Shown: in pieces, positions 46,970 through 60,259 of the stretch
Layout of the letters: the number at the start of each line of letters is the position of its first letter
Position numbering within the stretch: position 1 is the stretch's first letter
Source of the DNA: Leucoraja erinacea
Lineage: Eukaryota
Reading direction: 5' to 3'
DNA: 64,000 nucleotides
Assembly: GCF_028641065.1 (NCBI RefSeq)
Contig: NC_073400.1
Coordinates: 32,798,001 to 32,862,000 of the forward strand
Notes under the pieces: generated by a model
Told to the model about the DNA's origin: nothing
Database searches by the model: none
The model's input: the letters and a program-made list of their open reading frames with translations, nothing else
Translations under genes and position numbers: made by a program

Positions 46970-49900
46970 ATGGACCCCCCGTCACCATGGACGCCCCCCC
47001 CCCCCCCCCCCCCCTCATGGAGACCCCCCCGTCACCATGGAGACGGCCCCCTCCCCCCCCCCCCCCTCACCATGGAGACGGCCCCCCCCCCCTCACCCCC
47101 CCCGTCCCATGGAGACGCCCCCCCCTCACCCCCCCCTCACGCCCCTTGCCCCCCCCCCCGTCACCATGGAGACGGCCCCCCCCCCCCTCACCCCCCCCGT
47201 CACCATGGAGACGGCCCCCTCCCCCCCCACCCCCCCGTCACCATGGAGACGGCCCCGCCCCCCTCCCCCTCACCCCCCCGTCACCATGGAGACGCCCCTC
47301 ACCCCCCCGTTCACCATGGCTACGCCCCCTCCCCCCCGTCACCATGGAGCGGCCCCCCCTCCCCCTACCCCCCCCCCCCACTAAGATGATGGAGACAAAC
47401 CCCCTCCCGTCCCCATGGAGACGGCCCCTCCCCTTCCTCACCTCCCCCCCTCACCCACCCCCCCCCATGGGACGGACACCTCCCCCCCCCCTCAACCATG
47501 GTGTCACCCCCCCACACCCACCATTGAGAACGTCACATGGAGACCCTCCCCCCCCTCACCCCCTCCCCCCCCCCTCCGTTCACACCACCATACTCTCATC
47601 CCGCCCCTCCCCCCCCCCGGCCCCCCGTCAGAGGAGACGCCCCCTCCCCCCCTCACCACCAACCCCCCGTCACACCCTAGACACCATGTAAAACGACGCT
47701 CACCCTCCCCCCCACCCCCCTCACCATACACACACACAGACACCCCCCTCCCCCCACCTCACCCCCCCGTCACCCATCAGACGGCCCCCCCTCCCCTCAC
47801 AACCCACGTCCACCATGGATACTTCCACCACCTCTCGCTCCCCTCACGCACCCCCCCTCACCCTCCCCCCCCCCCTCCCCCTCTCACCCCATGGAGACCC
47901 CCTCCCACTCACCCGCACCGGGGCCGCGTCACCATGAGACTGCCCCCTCGCCCCCCCTCACCCCCTCACCCCCCCCGTCACCATGGAGACGGCCCCCCTC
48001 CCCCCCTCCTCACCCCCCCACGTCACCATGCGATGACTCCCCCCCCCTCCCCCCTCACACCCCCCCGTCACCATGTAGACGCCGCTCTGCCCCTCTCCCT
48101 CCCCCCCCTCCCCCCCCGTCACCATGGAGACTTTCCCCCCCCCCCCCAACCCCCTTCACCCCCCCCCCTCCCCCCCCCCTCACCCCCCCTTCACCTGGGA
48201 TACGCCCCCTCCCCCCCTCACCCCCCCGTCACCATGGAGCCCCCCCCCCACCGCTCACACCCCCCACCCCCCTCACCATGGTAGACGCGCCCCCCCCCCG
48301 GCCCTCCCCCCCCCGTCACCCAGGGGACCCCCTCGCCACCCCTCACCCACCCCCCCGCACCGCCCCCCCTCCCCCACCGACCCCCGTCACCATGGAGCCT
48401 CGCCCCCTCCCCCCCCCTCACCCCCCCGTCACCATGGATACCCCCCCCCCCCGGTAACGCCCCCCTTCCCCCATTAGGACGTCTCCCTCCCCCTCCCCCT
48501 CACCCACCCCACCATAGAGACTGCCCCCCCTCCCCCTCACCCCCCCTTCCCCATGGTAGACTTCTATCCCCCCCCCCCCTCACCCCGAGACGGGCCCTCC
48601 CCATGTCCCTCCCCCCCCTATTGTCCCCCCCCTCACCCCCCCCCGTCACCAGCAGGTACGCCTGTCCCCCCCCCCTCACCCGCCACCCCCCCCGTCCACC
48701 TTTCTGGAGACGGCCCCCTCCCCCTCCCCCCCCCCCACCCATGTAGCCTCTCCCCCCCCCTCCCCCACCCCCGCCGCCCCGGGATGTAGACTCCCCTCCC
48801 CCTCCCTCCCCCCCCCCTCACCATGGAGACCTCCCCCCCTCCCCCCCCCCCCCCCTTCACCATGAGGACCCCCTGTACTCCCCCCCTCACCAGGTGGAGA
48901 CGGCCCCCTCGCCCCCCCCCCCGGTAGCGCGCCGCCTCCCACCGATTTATACGCCCCCCTCCCCCTCCCCACCCCCTCTCCCCTTGAGGCGGCTCCCCCC
49001 CCTCCCCTCCCACTCCCTCCCCCCACCCGTCCCATGGGAGCCCCCCCCACCCCTCGGCCCGCCCCGTCACCCATTGAGACGGCTGCCCCCTCCCCCTCAC
49101 CCCCCCCCCCCTGGCTCCTCCCCTCCCCCCTCACCCCCCTTCCCTCCTGAGACTGCTCCCCTCCCCCCTCACCCCCCCCCTTCACCATTTAGACTGCCCC
49201 CTCCAGCGCCCCCCCACCCCCCCGTTCCCACCATGGAGTCGTGATTCCCCCTCCTCCCCCCCCGTCACCTCGATGGAGGGACGGCCCCCTCCCCCTCCAC
49301 CCCCCCCGTCACTCATGGAGAACGTCCTCCCCCCCCCACCCCCCTTGCACCTGGCGCCGGCCCCGGCCCCCCCCACCCCCCCCGTCACCATGTAGACTGA
49401 CCCCCCCCTCACCCCCACCGTCCATGGAGACCCCCCTTCCCCCTCACCCCCCCCTACACCATGGAGACTGCCCCTCCACCCCCTCCCCCCCCCCCTTCAG
49501 CCATGTAGACGCCCACCACCCCCTCACCCCCCGCCTTCACCATGGAGAACTGCCCCCCCCCCGGGTAATTGGACCCTGCACCATGGAGACGGCCCCCCCC
49601 CCACTCACCCCCCCCAGCCCCCCCTGTCACCATGGAGCCGCCCCCCCTCCCCCCACCCCCCCGTCACCATGGAGACGCCCCCCTTCCCCCTCATCCCCCC
49701 CCGTCGCCATGGAGACGCTCCCACGCCCCCCCCCTCCCCCTGCCCCCCCCCGTTCTCCATGGAGACGCCCCCCCCCTCCCCCTCACCCCCCTCACCATGG
49801 AGACTCCCCCCACCCCCTCACCCCCCCCGTCACCAGGAGACGCCCCCCTCCCCCTCACCACCCCCGTCACCATGGAGACGGCCCCCTCCCCCTCACCCCC

Positions 49901-51240
49901 CCTCCCACCCCCATCCTTTCCCCTCCCCCCACCCCACGTAGCCCCCCCCCCCGCCCTCACCTCCCCCGCCCCCCCGCCCCCTCTAGCCTCGCCCCCTCAC
50001 TCCCCCCCTCTCCCTGCCCCCCCCCCTCATCCCTCCCCCCTCCCCCTGCCCCCCCCTCACTCCCCCCCTCTCCTGCCCCCCCCCTCACTCCCACCCTCTT
50101 CCCTTCCCCCCCTCCCCCCCCTCCTGCCCACCCTCAGAAAAATCCCCCCCTCTCCCCTGCCCCCCCCTCCCCCCCCCTCACTTCCCCCATACACTCCCTG
50201 GCCCCCCCGTCCCTGCCCCCCCCCACCTCCCCCCTCTCCCTGTAGACCGCCCCCCCCCCCTCACTCCCACCCTCTCCCCTCCTCCCTGCCCCCCCCCTCC
50301 TCCCACCCCTCCCTGCCCCCTCCCCTCACTCCCACCCTCTCCCTTCCCCCCCCTCACTCCCCCCCCTCCCCCCCGCCCCCCTCCCATGTTGCCCTCCCTC
50401 CCCGCCCCCCCTCACTCCCCCCCTCTCCCATGGAGCGCCCCCCCTCACCCCCCCTCTCCCTGCCCACCCCCTCACTCCCCACCCTCTCCCTCCCCCCCCC
50501 CTTCACCCGGCCTCCCTGCCCCCCCTCCCCTCGCGGCACCCTCACTCTCCCCCCTCTCCCTGCCCCCCCCTCACTCCCACCCCTCTCCCTGCCCCCCCCT
50601 CAACTCCTCACCCTCTCCCTGGCCCCTGCCCCCCTCACCCCCACCCTCTCCCTGCCCCCCCCGCCACTCCCCACCCTCTCCCTGCCCCCCTCCCCCTCAC
50701 CCCCACCCTCTGCCCTGCCCCCCCTCACTCCCACCCTCTCCCCTTGCCCCCCCTCACTCCCACCCTTCATCCTGCCCCCCCCCACTCCCACCCTCTCCCT
50801 GCCCCCCCTCACTCCCACCCGCTCCCTCCCCCACCCGTCCGCATCCCACCCTCTCCCTGCCCCCCCTCACGCCCACCCTCTCCCTGCCCCCTACCCCCCT
50901 CACCCCACCCTCTCCCTGGCCCCCCCCGTCACTCCCACCCTCGTCCCTGCCCCCCCCCTCGACTCCCACCCTCTCTCCTGCCCCCTCCCCTCACTCCCAA
51001 CCCTCTCCTCCCGGCCCCCCCCTCACTCCCACCCTCCCCTTCCCCCCCCCTCACGCCCCCCCTCACTCCCCACCCTCCCCTGCCCCCCCTCACTCCCACC
51101 CTCTCCCTGTGCCCCCCCCTCACTCCCACCCTCTCCCTCCCTGCCCCCCCCCCTCACTCCCACCCTCTCCCTGTCCCCCCCCTCACTCCCACCCTCTCCC
51201 TGCCCCCCCTCCCCCACCCTCTCCCTGTCCCCCCTCCCAG
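46970..51240. repeat. Two adjacent C-rich minisatellites in the putative C1orf74 intron; the first recurs at 63240-64000
   Basis: Unit Cn-gtcaccatggagacgg-Cn to about 49900, then tcactcccaccctctccctg-Cn. Confidence 0.9.
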
Positions 51241-52651
51241 GGGGGAGGCCCCTGTAACGTCACCTATTCATCGCTCCAGAGATGCTGCCTGTCCGGCTGT
51301 GTTGTTCTAGCATTTTGTGTCTGTTGCCGGGGAGAGGAGAGGGTGGTGGAGGTGCTTGTTCGTCAGTTCTAGAGTCAAAAGTCTTTAATTGTCATATGTA
51401 CACATAACGGAGCAATTAGCCTCTTACTTGCAGCAGCACAACAGGCCTGCAAATACAATACACACATAGAGTATATAACAGTAAAAGGAATTCAATTAAT
51501 AGAAGATGGGCACACAATGCTGGAGTAACTCAGTGGGTCAGGCAGCGTCTCTGGAGGTGTTCAGGGTTATAGGCTGATTCTGTATAATTGTATTCACTGG
51601 AGTTTAGAAGGATGAGGGGCAATCTTATAGAAACATATAAAATTATAAAAGGACTGGATAAGCTAGATGCAGGAAAAATGTTCCCAATGTTGGGCGAGTC
51701 CAGAACCAGGGGCCACACACAGTCTTAGAATAAAGGGGAGACCATTTAAGACTGAGGTGAGAAAATACTTTTACACCCAGAGAGTTGTGAATTTGCGGAA
51801 TTCCCTGCCACAGAGAGCAGTGGAGGCCAAGTCACTGGATGGATTTAAGAGAGTTAGATAGGGGCTAGTGGATTCAAGGGATATGGGGAGAAGGCAGGCA
51901 CAGTTTATTGATTGGGGACAATCAGCCATGATCACAATGAATGGCGGTGCTGACTCGAAGGGCCGAATGGCCTCCTCCTGCACTTATTTCCTATGTTTCT
52001 ATATCCCTGGTGTGTGGAGGATTGTGTTAATGTGTGGGGATCGCTGGTCGGTGCGGACTCGGTGAGCTGGATGGCCCGTTTCCGAGCTGTGTCTCCATAC
52101 TAATCTAAAACTAAATAAGGAATAGGTGACATTTTGTGTTGGAAACCAGCATCTTACAGTTCCTTCATACACTCTCGTATAACTAGTGCAAGAATGCTAA
52201 TAAAACAACAGTTTGCTTTTCCGAAAAAGTTATGAATACAGAGGAACTGCATAAAATTCTGACTTCATTAGTTCTACCATTGATGTTTAAGAAAGAACTG
52301 CAGATGCTGGAAAATCGAAGGTAGACAAAAATGCTGGCGAAACTCAGCGGGTTAGGCAGCATTTCTAGAGCAAGGGATTGGAGACGTTTCTGGTCGAGTC
52401 CCTTCTTCAGTCTGAAGAAGGGTCTCGACCCAACGTCGCCTATTCCTTCGCTCCATAGATGCTGCCTCACCCGCTGAGTTAGTTCTACCATTGAGACCAT
52501 TTTCATTTAGTTAGCCACTGTGATCGTCACATTAGATATTTTGGAGAAAACATAATCAAATATCTCCTTAAATTTTCCTGTCAATTGACCAGATGATTTT
52601 TCCTTGGCTGTTTATATCTATATTTTGTATTTTAGAGTGATTGTCACCAGA

Positions 52652-53464
52652 ATGGAGGCGGTCAGGAAGGAGCTACTGGTCTTTATGACGCAGAAGTATT
52701 TAAGGATGAACCGAAAGAAAGGTTTTTCTAAGTCTCGCTGCTTGCAGCTTGCTGCTGAAATCCTAGCTGTCGACTCCGGGCTGAAGCCTTCCTTCTTGTT
52801 TGATTATTGTGCATCAAATGCAGAACAGATCCAGAACTATGTCCAGGAGCTGTGGAAAACTGGGCTTCTCTCCGAACATCTACACGTCCTCAGCATACAA
52901 GACAACATCTTAATAACAAACTTGAACAGAACCATCAGACACTTGGAACGAACACTGCAGGGAGATGGTGTCCCAGTCATTGATGTTTCATTGCACAGGA
53001 AGACCCCACAACTGGCAGAGTCCTGGGTGACACAGCAGGTCGAGGCCCAAGTGGACATTATTTGGAAGCACCTGAAATCACAGGTAATTCATGCAGAGAT
53101 GAGCACACCAGGTGTTGTTACCACCAGTGAGATTTTCTCACCCGAGTGGAATCTGTGTACAGTGTTTGGGTTTCTCCTTGGCTTCCCTGCTTCATACTGG
53201 TTTGATTTTAACCAGAGTTTTGAGAACTGTCTGGGCATGACTCAACTTCGGGCTTTCTCTGTCTCTGCTATTTGTCCCAGAATCACTGAGAACCTTAAGC
53301 ATCAGATGTACTCATTCAGTGTCCCCGAAAACCTTTATTTGGATTTACAGAGCATGCTGGAGATTTGGTGGAGGAATCTACAATCAGATTTTAACAAGCA
53401 GTCCTCTTTCTCTGATCTCTGCATCGCCACAGAGGTAGTCTGCCTGCCGGGGATTACCCTGTAA
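52652..53464 (+). CDS. C1orf74: UPF0739 protein C1orf74 homolog, single coding exon, 270 aa
   Basis: LAAEILAV..GLKPSFLFDY, WNLCTVFG.LLG.P..Y, NCL, YSFSVP and F.DL motifs. Acceptor tttag at 52635 and AATAAA at 53514. Lies downstream of IRF6 on the same strand, as in human. Confidence 0.93.
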   Translation: MEAVRKELLVFMTQKYLRMNRKKGFSKSRCLQLAAEILAVDSGLKPSFLFDYCASNAEQIQNYVQELWKTGLLSEHLHVLSIQDNILITNLNRTIRHLERTLQGDGVPVIDVSLHRKTPQLAESWVTQQVEAQVDIIWKHLKSQVIHAEMSTPGVVTTSEIFSPEWNLCTVFGFLLGFPASYWFDFNQSFENCLGMTQLRAFSVSAICPRITENLKHQMYSFSVPENLYLDLQSMLEIWWRNLQSDFNKQSSFSDLCIATEVVCLPGITL

Positions 53465-55771
53465 ATATTCTGTACAACAACACGTCTTTAATTAAAAACA
53501 TAAATTCCCCCTTAATAAAGATAGACTCGGCTTGTACTCGCTAGAATTTAGTTTGATGGGGGATCTTATAGAAACGTACAAAATTCTTAAGGGGTTGGAC
53601 AGGCTAGATGCAGGAAGATTGTTCCCGATGTTGGGGAAGTCCAGAACAAGGGGTCACAGTTTAAGGATAAGGGGGAAATCTTTCAGGACCGAGATGAGGA
53701 AAAACATTTTTCACACAGAGAGTGGTGAATCTCTGGAATTCTCTGCCGCAGAAGGAAGTTGAGGCCAGTTCATTGGCTGTATTTAAGAGGGAGTTAGATG
53801 TGGCCCTTGTGGCTAAAGGGATCAGGGGGTATGGAGAGAAGGCAGGTACAGGATACGGAGTTGGATGATCAGCCATGATCATATTGAATGGCGGTGCAGG
53901 CTCGAAGGGCGAATGGCCTACTCCTGCACCTATTGTCTATGTTTCTAACTGCATGCAGAGTACAATGAAGAAAAATAACACCTAAAGAAATATTAAGGTT
54001 GCTGTTGAAACGTGGTCATAGAATCATAGAGTGATACACCACGGAAACAGGCCCTTCAGCCCAACTTGCCCACACCGGCCAACATGCCCCAGCTACACCA
54101 GTCCCACCTGCCTGCGCTTGGTCCCTATCCCTCCAAACCTGTCCTATCCATGTACCTGTCTACTTGTTTCTTAAACGTTGGGATAGTCCCGACATCAACT
54201 ATCTGCTGTGGCAGCTGGTTCCATACACCCACCACCCTTGGTGTGAAAGTTACCCCTCAGTAACCTATTCCAGGATGTCACTACACCCACTGCCCTAGCA
54301 AGCAATACATTTGTGGTTGCTTGTGTGAAAACTGCCTTCCAAGAAACCAAAGATACATAGCACAGGAACAGGCCCTTCAGCCCACAATGTTTGTGCCGTA
54401 CATGATGCCAAGTTAATCCAATCGCCTCTGCCTCCACTTCCATGTGCCTGTCTAAAAGCCTCTTAAAGGACGAGCCTTCCCAGTTTTCTTTCTTCATCTC
54501 CTCTCTTGCAGCCGAGTGATTTATCTTCATCCAAATCACACCTGACATTTTGGGCAGTTTGGAAAACATCCACTGACCAACAGCAAGTGAAAGCGAATGA
54601 AACTGAGATGGGCTTGTCAGCCCAGAACCACTCCTACACCACACCTTCACAAGAGTCCATCTGAAGAAGGGTCTTGACCGAAACATCCTCCATTCCTCCT
54701 CTCCTTCCCGCCTGTCCCGTTGAGTTACTCCAGCATTTTGTGTCTATCATCGCAAAATAAATATTTATGAAAGATTATAAAGACATAGCAAATAGTTGCA
54801 GGGGTAGGCTGTTCGGCCCTTCGAGCCAGCACAGCCATTCAATGTAATCATGGCTGATCATCCACAATCAGTACCCCGTTCCTGCCTTCACCCCATATGC
54901 CTTGATTCCGTTAGCCCTAAGAGCTGAATCTAACTCTCTCTTGAAAACATCCAGTGAATCGACCTCCACCGCCTTCTGCGGCAGAGAATTCCACAGATTT
55001 ACAACTCTCTGGGTGATTATATAGACACCAGCCAGTATCTCATAAAATATTCATTTTATTTGCATCTTACAAATAAACGTACATGAAATTTCAGTTGCCG
55101 TTTTTAAAGTCAGTAAATGTTCAATGTGAATACTGTCACTGCTTTGTCTACTTTAACAGTGAACATAATCTACAGCCGTGATAATATTATTGTGAATTTA
55201 ATCATATGCCGTATTTACTGCGAGCGCATCACTACTTTACTACTTCAATGTGGAGAACATGGATAGGTGACGTTTCACAGAGTGCTGGAGTAACTCAGCA
55301 GGTCAGGCAGCATCAGTGGAGAACATGGATAGGTGACGTTTATCAGAGTGCTGGAGTAACTCAGCAGGTGCAGCAGCATCTATGGAGCTAAGGAAATAGG
55401 TAACGTTTCGGGCCGAAACCCAACAGGTTTGGAGGGATTTGGACCACACGCTGGCAGGTGGGACTAGTGTAGCTGGGGTATTGTTGGCCAGTGTGGGCAA
55501 GTTGGGCCGAAGGGCCTGTTTCCACACTGTATCACTCTGACTCTGTTTAAGATTTTGACCTACACCCAGAAGTGTACAATGTTGAAATTGCTTTTACTGG
55601 AAGTGGTGTTTTGGCATTTGGGTAGCAGCCTGATCGAGCTATTGATTAACTAGATATTTGCGGTAAATAAAACCAGTGGCCTCACTGACAAAATATTGAT
55701 CAGCATCCGTTTCAAAACTATTCCTCGCGAATCCTCCGTCGTCTTTCACAGCCCGAGGAAAAGATTGAGGA

Positions 55772-55844
55772 ATGAACATGAATGCACGGGTGAAAAGCAG
55801 AGACGTCATCGTCCTGCTTTACCTGTGCGGACAGGTGAACTGCT
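55772..55844 (+). CDS. Gla protein copy B, exon 1
   Basis: MNMNARVKSRDVIVLLYLCGQVNC-T|gtaagt; two substitutions versus copy A. Confidence 0.62.
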
Positions 55845-56765
55845 GTAAGTAACTGTAAACACCATTTAAGGTAGACAAAAATGCTGGAGAAACTCAGTGG
55901 ATGAGGCAGCATCTTGGAGCGAAGGAATAGGTGGCGTTTCGGCCCTCCAGCCTTTGACCTCATTGAAACATATAGAACAGTCTTCTTGTTCCAAAAGGAA
56001 CTGCAGATGCTGGAAAATCGAAGGTACACAAAATTGCTGGAGAAACTCAGCGGGTGCAGCAGCATCTATGGAGCGAAGGAAATAGGCAACGTTTTCGGGC
56101 CGAAACCCTTCTGGGTTTCAGCCCGAAAACATTACCTATTTCCAGAAGGGTTTCGTCCCGAAACGTTGCCTATTTCCTTCGCTCCATAGATGCTGCTGCA
56201 CCCGCTGAGTTTCTCCAGCAATTTTGTGTACCTTAGAACAGTCTTCTTCTTGTGTATGGCGTGCACAGCCTAAAGTTGTCGGACAACTTGTTCTATTTGA
56301 TCTTATTTGATTGTGCACACTGAGTTGATTGCATTCGCCGAAACAGGGCTGACCAGGTGAAGGTTGCAATCTGCCACCCCATATAGTATAATGAAAGGCC
56401 TGGATAGAGTGGATATGGAGAGGATGTTTCCACTATTGGGAGAGTCTAGGACCAGAGGTCACAGCCTCAGAATTGAAGGACGTTCCTTTAGGAAGGAGAT
56501 AAGGTGGAATTTCTTTAGGGTGGTGAATCTGTGGAATTCTTTGCCACAGACGGCTGTGGAGGCCACAAGTCAATGGGTATATATGAAGGCAGAGATAGAT
56601 AGATTCTTGATTAGTACGGGTGTCAGGGGTTAGGGGGAGAAGGCAGGAGAATGGGGTTGGGAGGGAGAGATAGATCAGCCGTGATTGAATGGCGGAGTAG
56701 ACTCGATGGGCCGAATGGCCGAATTCTGCTCCTATCCTAAGGCCTTCTGACCTTTTCTCCCTCAG

Positions 56766-56928
56766 TGTTTGTGCAGAAGCCCGGTGGCCAACAGCTTCCT
56801 GTCGCGGGTACGCAGAGCTAACGCTGGTCTGGAGGAGTTGCTAGGCAGCAACCTGGAGAGGGAATGCTTCGAGGAGATCTGCTCCAAGGAAGAGGCCCTG
56901 GAGCATTTCGAAGATGATCAAAAAAACG
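56766..56928 (+). CDS. Gla protein copy B, exon 2, with two +1 homopolymer insertions (assembly error or pseudogene)
   Basis: Identical to copy A except TTC>TTT, an extra C (aagcccggt) and an extra A (A7 run). Nearby intron also has scattered extra bases. Confidence 0.8.
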
Positions 56929-59154
56929 GTGAGGCATCAGCAGCAGAGGCATATGAGCGTGGAAACACAGGCCCTTCGCCCATCTCTCTCATGTACACGG
57001 CTCTCAAGAAATGTTGCTATGGTCACAAGGAATATAGTGTGTAGAATTAGGCCATTCGGCCCATCAAGTCTACGCTGCTATTCATCATGGCTTGATCTAT
57101 CTCTCCCTCCTAATCCAATTCTCCTGCCTGCGCCCCCTAATCTCTGACACCCGCACTATTCAAGAACCTATCGAGTCGTAGAGTCATAGAGTCATACAGT
57201 GTGGAAACAGGCCCTTCGGCCCAACTTGCCCACACTGGTCAACATGTCCCAGCTACACTAGTCATTGAGTGATACAGTGTGGAAACAGGCCCCTCAGCCC
57301 CACCTGCCCACACCTGCCCACATGTCCCAGCTACACTAGTCCCCACCTGCCCATGTTTGGTCCATATCCCTACAAACCTGTCCTATCCATGTTAAACAAA
57401 AAAGCTGGAGAAACTCAGCGGGTGCAGCAGCATCTATGGAGCGAAGGAAATAGGCAACGTTTCGGGCCGAAACCCTTCTGGAAATAGGCAACGTTTCGGG
57501 CCGAAACCCTTCTTCAGACTGGGCGGGGGTGGGCGGGGACAAGAAAGGGAAAAGGAGGAGGAGCCCGAAGGCTGGGGGATGGGAGGAGACAGCAGGGGGG
57601 CTGAGGAAGGGGAGGAGACAGCAACGACTAACAAAATTGGGAGAATTCGATGTTCATGCCCCCGGGATGCAGACTCCCCAAACGGAATACGAGGTGCTGT
57701 TCCTCCAATTTATCCACTGTATGACTCTATGACTCTACGACTCGATAGGTTCTGTCCATGTCCTATCCATGTACCTGTCTAACTGTTTCTTAAATGTTGG
57801 GATAGTCCCAGCCTCAACTACCTCCTCTGGCAGCTCGTTCCATACACCCACCACCCTTTGTGTGAAAATGTCACCCCTCAGATTCCTATTAAATCTTTTC
57901 CCTTTCACCTTGGACCTATGTCCTCTGGTGCTCTGGTTTTCTCCCATATTCCAAAGGGTTGTAGGTTAATTGGCTTCTGTAAATTGTTTCCTTAGTGTGT
58001 GTAGGACAGTAGGTAGTTAGTGTAGGTGGTGTCATGATGTATGGGTGATCCTTTGGCCATAAGGAATAGTAGAATGAGGCCATTCGGCCCATCAAATCCA
58101 CCACCATTCAATCATGGCTGATCTATCTCTCCCTCCTAACCCCATTCTCTTGTCTTCTCCCCATAATCTCTGCCACTTGAACTAAACAAGAATCTATCTA
58201 TAGTAGACACAAAATGCTGGAGTAACTCAGTAGGACTGGCAGCATCTCTGGAAAGAAGGCATGGGTGACATTTTGGGTCGAGACCCTTCTTCAGTCAGGA
58301 GAGTGGGTGGGACAGAGATAGAATGTAGTCGGAGACAGTCAGACTGGTGGGAGAACTGGGAAGGGGGAGGGAATGGAGAGAGAGGCAAAGCAAGGGCTAC
58401 TTGAAGTTAGAGAAGTCAATGTTCATACCTCTGGGGTGTAAGCTGCCCAAGTGAAATATGAGGTGGTGTTCCTCCAATCTATCTATCTCTGGTTGGCATG
58501 GACTCGGTGGGGCCAAAGGCCTTGTTTCTATGCTGCGTTTAAGAAGAACTGCAGATGATGGAAAAATCGAAGGTAGACAAAAAAAAACTCAGAGGGTGAG
58601 GCAGCATCTAGAAACATAGAAACATAGAAATTAGGTGCAGGAGTAGGCCATTCGGACCTTCGAGCCTGCATCACCATTCAATATGATCATGGCTGAGCAT
58701 CCAACTCAGTATCCTGTACCTGCCTTCTCTCCATACCCCCTGATCCCTTTAGCCACAAGGGCCACATCTAACTCCCTCTTAAATATAGCCAACGACCTGT
58801 GGCCTCAACTACTTTCTGTGGCAGAGAATTCCAGAGATTCACCACTCTCTGTGTGAAAAATGTTTTTCTCATCTCGGTCACCTATTCCTTTGCTCCATAG
58901 ATGCTGCCTCACCCGCTGAGTTTCTCCAGCATTTTTGTCTACCTTCTGTTTCCATGCTGTATCATTCAACTCAACTAAACTGGCTCTGGGGCAGTCGGTA
59001 GGAGGCTGCCAACCAAGGAATTCACAGGAGGGATTAAACACTCCGACGCACAGTTTCATATTAGCCGAGCTTCCAGCAACATGCAGGTCTCCTGAATAAC
59101 CCAGCGAGACTGCTTCTTCATGTATCATAAATGAAAAGGTTTTTTTTTTTGCAG

Positions 59155-59179
59155 GAGTACTTCTGGAAACGGTATAAAG
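59155..59179 (+). CDS. Gla protein copy B, exon 3
   Basis: gcag|EYFWKRYK-G|gtatgt, 25 nt. Confidence 0.85.
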
Positions 59180-60130
59180 GTATGTGTGTTTATTGATCGC
59201 ATTCAACACACAGGTTAGTTATTAATGATCCTCACAGTCTGAAGTGGACTCGTGCATTCATTAAGATATTATATTATATACCATTATATGGTTATAACAG
59301 GCTGTGAAACACGGGGCATCATATTAATGTGCTCGTTACTGAATTGTCATCGTTTTGAGGCATCTGTCGGGAGCGGATGGGAAAGTGGGATAACATAGAA
59401 TGGGCGATCACTGGTCGGCGTGACATCGATGGGCCGAAGGGCCTGTTTCTGTGCTGTATCTCTAAACTAAACCAAACTTAATTAAATCACAGAACGATAC
59501 TATATCGATTCGGTGGGCCGAAGGGCCTGTTTCCATGCTGTATCCTTTCAATCAATCAGTCTTGCTATTGAGGGAGTGCAGCGTAGGTTCACCAGGTTAA
59601 TTCCCGGGATGGCGGAGCTGACATATGATGAAAGAATGGATTGACTGGGCTTGTTTTCACTGGAATTTAGAAGGATGAGAGGGGATCTTTTAGAAATATA
59701 CACAATTCTTAAAGTATTGGACAGGCTAGATGCAGGAAAAATGTTCCCGATGTTGGGGAAGTCCAGAACCAGGGGTCACTGTTTAAGAATAAGGGGTCGG
59801 CCATTTAGGACTGAGACGAGGAAAAACGTTTTCACCCAGAGAGTTGTGAATCTGTGGAATTCTCTGCCACAGAAGGCAGTGGAGGCCAATTCACTGGATG
59901 TTTTCAAGAGAGAGTTAGATTTAGCTCTTAGGGCTAACGGAATCAAGGGATATGGGGAGGAAGCAGGAACGGGGTACTGATTGTGGATGATCAGCCATAA
60001 TCATATTGGATGGCGGTGGTGGCTCGAAGGGCTGAATGGCCTCCTCCTGCACCTATTGTCTATGTTTCTATCCCTCCAACCCCTGCCTGTTCCAGTATCT
60101 GTCCCAATGCCACCTCTACTGTTCCTGCAG

Positions 60131-60259
60131 GTTCCCAACTGCCGGAAAATGTTCCAGGTGAGCATGGTCCCCATGCCAAGCCAGCGCTAAACTCCACACT
60201 GTCGACAAACACCACAGAGGCAGGGGGCGGACCGACCGTGTCCCCTCCGCTTGAGCGGG
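60131..60259 (+). CDS. Gla protein copy B, exon 4
   Basis: SQLPENVPGEHGPHAKPALNSTLSTNTTEAGGGPTVSPPLER-G|gtgagt, 129 nt. Confidence 0.72.

Noticed and set aside
46970-51372. Many Pro-rich or Gly-rich ORFs up to 562 aa
   Set aside because: Minisatellite artefacts, open in several frames on both strands.
52604-52651. N-terminal extension of C1orf74 in the ORF track
   Set aside because: Starts at TTG and crosses the splice acceptor at 52635; the first ATG is at 52652.
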